Shown here: in pieces, positions 16,049 through 17,676 of the stretch | How positions within the stretch are numbered: the first letter of the stretch is position 1 | How the letters are laid out: the number at the start of each line of letters is the position of its first letter | The notes under the pieces: model-generated | Databases searched by the model: none | Told to the model about the DNA's origin: nothing | The model's input: the letters and a program-made list of their open reading frames with translations, nothing else | Program-made: the position numbers and the translations under genes | Assembly (NCBI GenBank): GCA_964247135.1 | Contig: CAXTTL010000086.1 | Location: forward strand, 1-17,676 | DNA: 17,676 nucleotides | Direction: 5' to 3' | Origin: an uncultured Deinococcales bacterium | Lineage (GTDB): Bacteria; Deinococcota; Deinococci; Deinococcales; JAAFIG01

Positions 16049-16759
16049 ATGATGATGAGCCAAAATGCCGTGAAGCGTCTTTATTTGATGCAAGTTGGGT
16101 CCGTGCCAGAACACCAAATTCCGATTGTCTGCTATCTGGTGCAAACGGGTGATGGCAAGAATATTCTGATTGACAGTGGTCTACCAGAGGTCATGCCCGA
16201 AGGATATTCGGAGTTCGAGAATGGGCAGGACGTCATTGAGCAGTTGGCAAGCATTGGCTTAAGACCAGACGATATTGATACCGTCATTTCGACGCATTAC
16301 GATGGCGATCATGCCGGAAGGCACGCGGCATTCACCAAGGCGCAATATGTAGTTCAGCGTGTGCATCATTTGGATGCGGACAGCAACCCGCGTTTTGCTG
16401 GCGTTCGACCCCAATGGGATCAGCCAATGGAGCGCATTCGGTTGGTGGATGGAGACACGGAACTATTGCCAGGGCTGGAGCTGATTGAGACGAGCGGGCA
16501 TGTGCCAGGGCATCAATCGGTGCTGGTGCGGTTGCCCAAAACGGGGACGATTTTATTGACGGTTGACGCGGTAGCCTTTGCCAAGGACTTTACCCGTGAC
16601 GGGCAGGACGACGGTAGCAACCCAGACGCCGAAGCAATCCGCGCCAGTACGATTAAACTGCTTGATCTGGTCGAACTCGAGAAAATCGGGCTGGTGATTT
16701 TCGGTCATGATACGGAACAGTGGAAAAAACTCAAAAAAGCGCCTGAGTTTTACGAATAA
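16049..16759 (+). CDS. N-acyl homoserine lactonase family (AiiA/AttM-like) MBL-fold protein
   Basis: CYLVQT..NILIDSG, STHYDGDHAG, TSGHVPGHQSVLV, TVDA, FGHD. AAGGA Shine-Dalgarno; the true start may be the 2nd or 3rd tandem ATG (16052/16055). Confidence 0.85.
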   Translation: MMMSQNAVKRLYLMQVGSVPEHQIPIVCYLVQTGDGKNILIDSGLPEVMPEGYSEFENGQDVIEQLASIGLRPDDIDTVISTHYDGDHAGRHAAFTKAQYVVQRVHHLDADSNPRFAGVRPQWDQPMERIRLVDGDTELLPGLELIETSGHVPGHQSVLVRLPKTGTILLTVDAVAFAKDFTRDGQDDGSNPDAEAIRASTIKLLDLVELEKIGLVIFGHDTEQWKKLKKAPEFYE

Positions 16760-16819
16760 GTAACATTTAAAGCGTAAACGTGAATAGAACGGCTTGGTGC
16801 TCGAGGGATTGTTTTGAAA

Positions 16820-17676
16820 TCATGGAATCCTAAAAATCCTACGGAACATTTCGCCTAGATCACGCGATCTATTCCGCAAAGGTTCGATAAAGGGCTTAGG
16901 AATTGATGAGAAAATCGGGTCAGGAACACCATTAAATACACTAGATAGGGCATCAAATATATAGTTAATTGATTCCGCATAAGGTTTTATGTTTTTATTT
17001 CTATCTTGTTTAATTATATCAGCATCAATCATGGATTTAATAATTTCATCAATAATTATATCAATCTTTTCACTTTTCTTATTAAATCTTTCCTTTATAC
17101 TTAGCGAAGATACTCCTGCATCTTTATTCTCTGAAATATATCTCAAAATATCAATACTTAGTTTATCAATATAGTCATTACTTTCAAAGAGATGCCTTAA
17201 ATGTTCAATTGACTCTGGAGAATCAATGTTTTTAGGGTCAGTAAGAATAGAAAGAATTTTTTCCCTTTGTTCATTAATATTAAAGTTGCTTCCTTTAATG
17301 CTATCATAGAAAAGTGCGCATATTTTATGCAAATTTTCTGGCTTATTTTTAAAATAATAAGCAATAAATTCAATCCACTCTACATGAAAATTAAAATTAA
17401 GTATTTTAAAGCCATTTTTGATTATTTCACAAGCTTCAATTAATGTAAATTCACTGACTTTAATTATTGGTATTTCATTTCTATACTTTCCAAGCGATTC
17501 TTTTACATTTTTCTCATCTTTGTCTGAAATAAAAATAATTCTAGGTTTACCAGAAGGATTTTTATGCAAATCTTCGCCAATTTTTTTAGATAAAGCGTAA
17601 AATTTTTCTTTATCCTCAGTACATACTGATTCCTGCATGTTCAAGTTAACCGATTTTTGCAATCGCTGACGCCCCC
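16820..17676 (-). CDS. Partial low-GC hypothetical protein, possibly the C-terminal part of a P-loop/STAND-like ATPase with a winged helix
   Basis: The frame is open to the window edge. Very AT-rich compared with the rest. PRIIFIS...EIIKNGF..LN...IA....KPENLH resembles post-Walker-B ATPase helices, but no Walker A is visible. Confidence 0.55.
   Translation of the reverse strand, partial: GRQRLQKSVNLNMQESVCTEDKEKFYALSKKIGEDLHKNPSGKPRIIFISDKDEKNVKESLGKYRNEIPIIKVSEFTLIEACEIIKNGFKILNFNFHVEWIEFIAYYFKNKPENLHKICALFYDSIKGSNFNINEQREKILSILTDPKNIDSPESIEHLRHLFESNDYIDKLSIDILRYISENKDAGVSSLSIKERFNKKSEKIDIIIDEIIKSMIDADIIKQDRNKNIKPYAESINYIFDALSSVFNGVPDPIFSSIPKPFIEPLRNRSRDLGEMFRRIFRIP

Larger units (their letters stand above)
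76..16805. repeat. Dispersed highly iterated palindrome CTCGAG
   Basis: About 113 copies counted by eye from 76-81 to 16800-16805, in coding and non-coding DNA. Confidence 0.95.

Noticed and set aside
16761-16777. RDRM/DdrO-box-like 17-mer (TTACGCTTTAAATGTTA on the minus strand)
   Set aside because: It mismatches conserved positions and lies between two convergent gene ends, not in a promoter.
17630-17676. Possible IS end at the window edge (GC rises in the last ~45 bp)
   Set aside because: Too short to judge. I cannot match it to a known terminal inverted repeat, and the reading frame stays open through it.

Overview
Chromosomal region of a probable Deinococcota (Deinococcus-Thermus) bacterium. 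The assignment rests on the HU 'RTGVRPGT' arm, the Lys-rich S12 tail and several apparently leaderless genes. Gene order: MBL hydrolase and a divergent SDR, HU, two small hypothetical genes, then a str operon (rpsL-rpsG-fusA) that stops without tuf. Next come two HigA/HigBA toxin-antitoxin modules bracketed by three copies of a ~40-55 bp hairpin repeat, a frameshifted NUDIX gene, and a permease-SDR-GlnA4-like gamma-glutamylation operon. The window ends with a ParB-like/DUF4032 protein, a 5-FCL-like protein, thrC, a truncated GNAT, an atypical AHL-lactonase-family gene and an AT-rich foreign ORF running off the edge. The most striking signal is the palindrome CTCGAG: about 110 copies by manual count versus about 4-5 expected. 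It behaves like the cyanobacterial HIP1 element, shaping codon choice even in EF-G and forming terminator stems. Other leads are the repeat-delimited TA cassette array, a 28-codon ORF with a perfect Shine-Dalgarno just upstream of fusA, and a structured rpsL leader.
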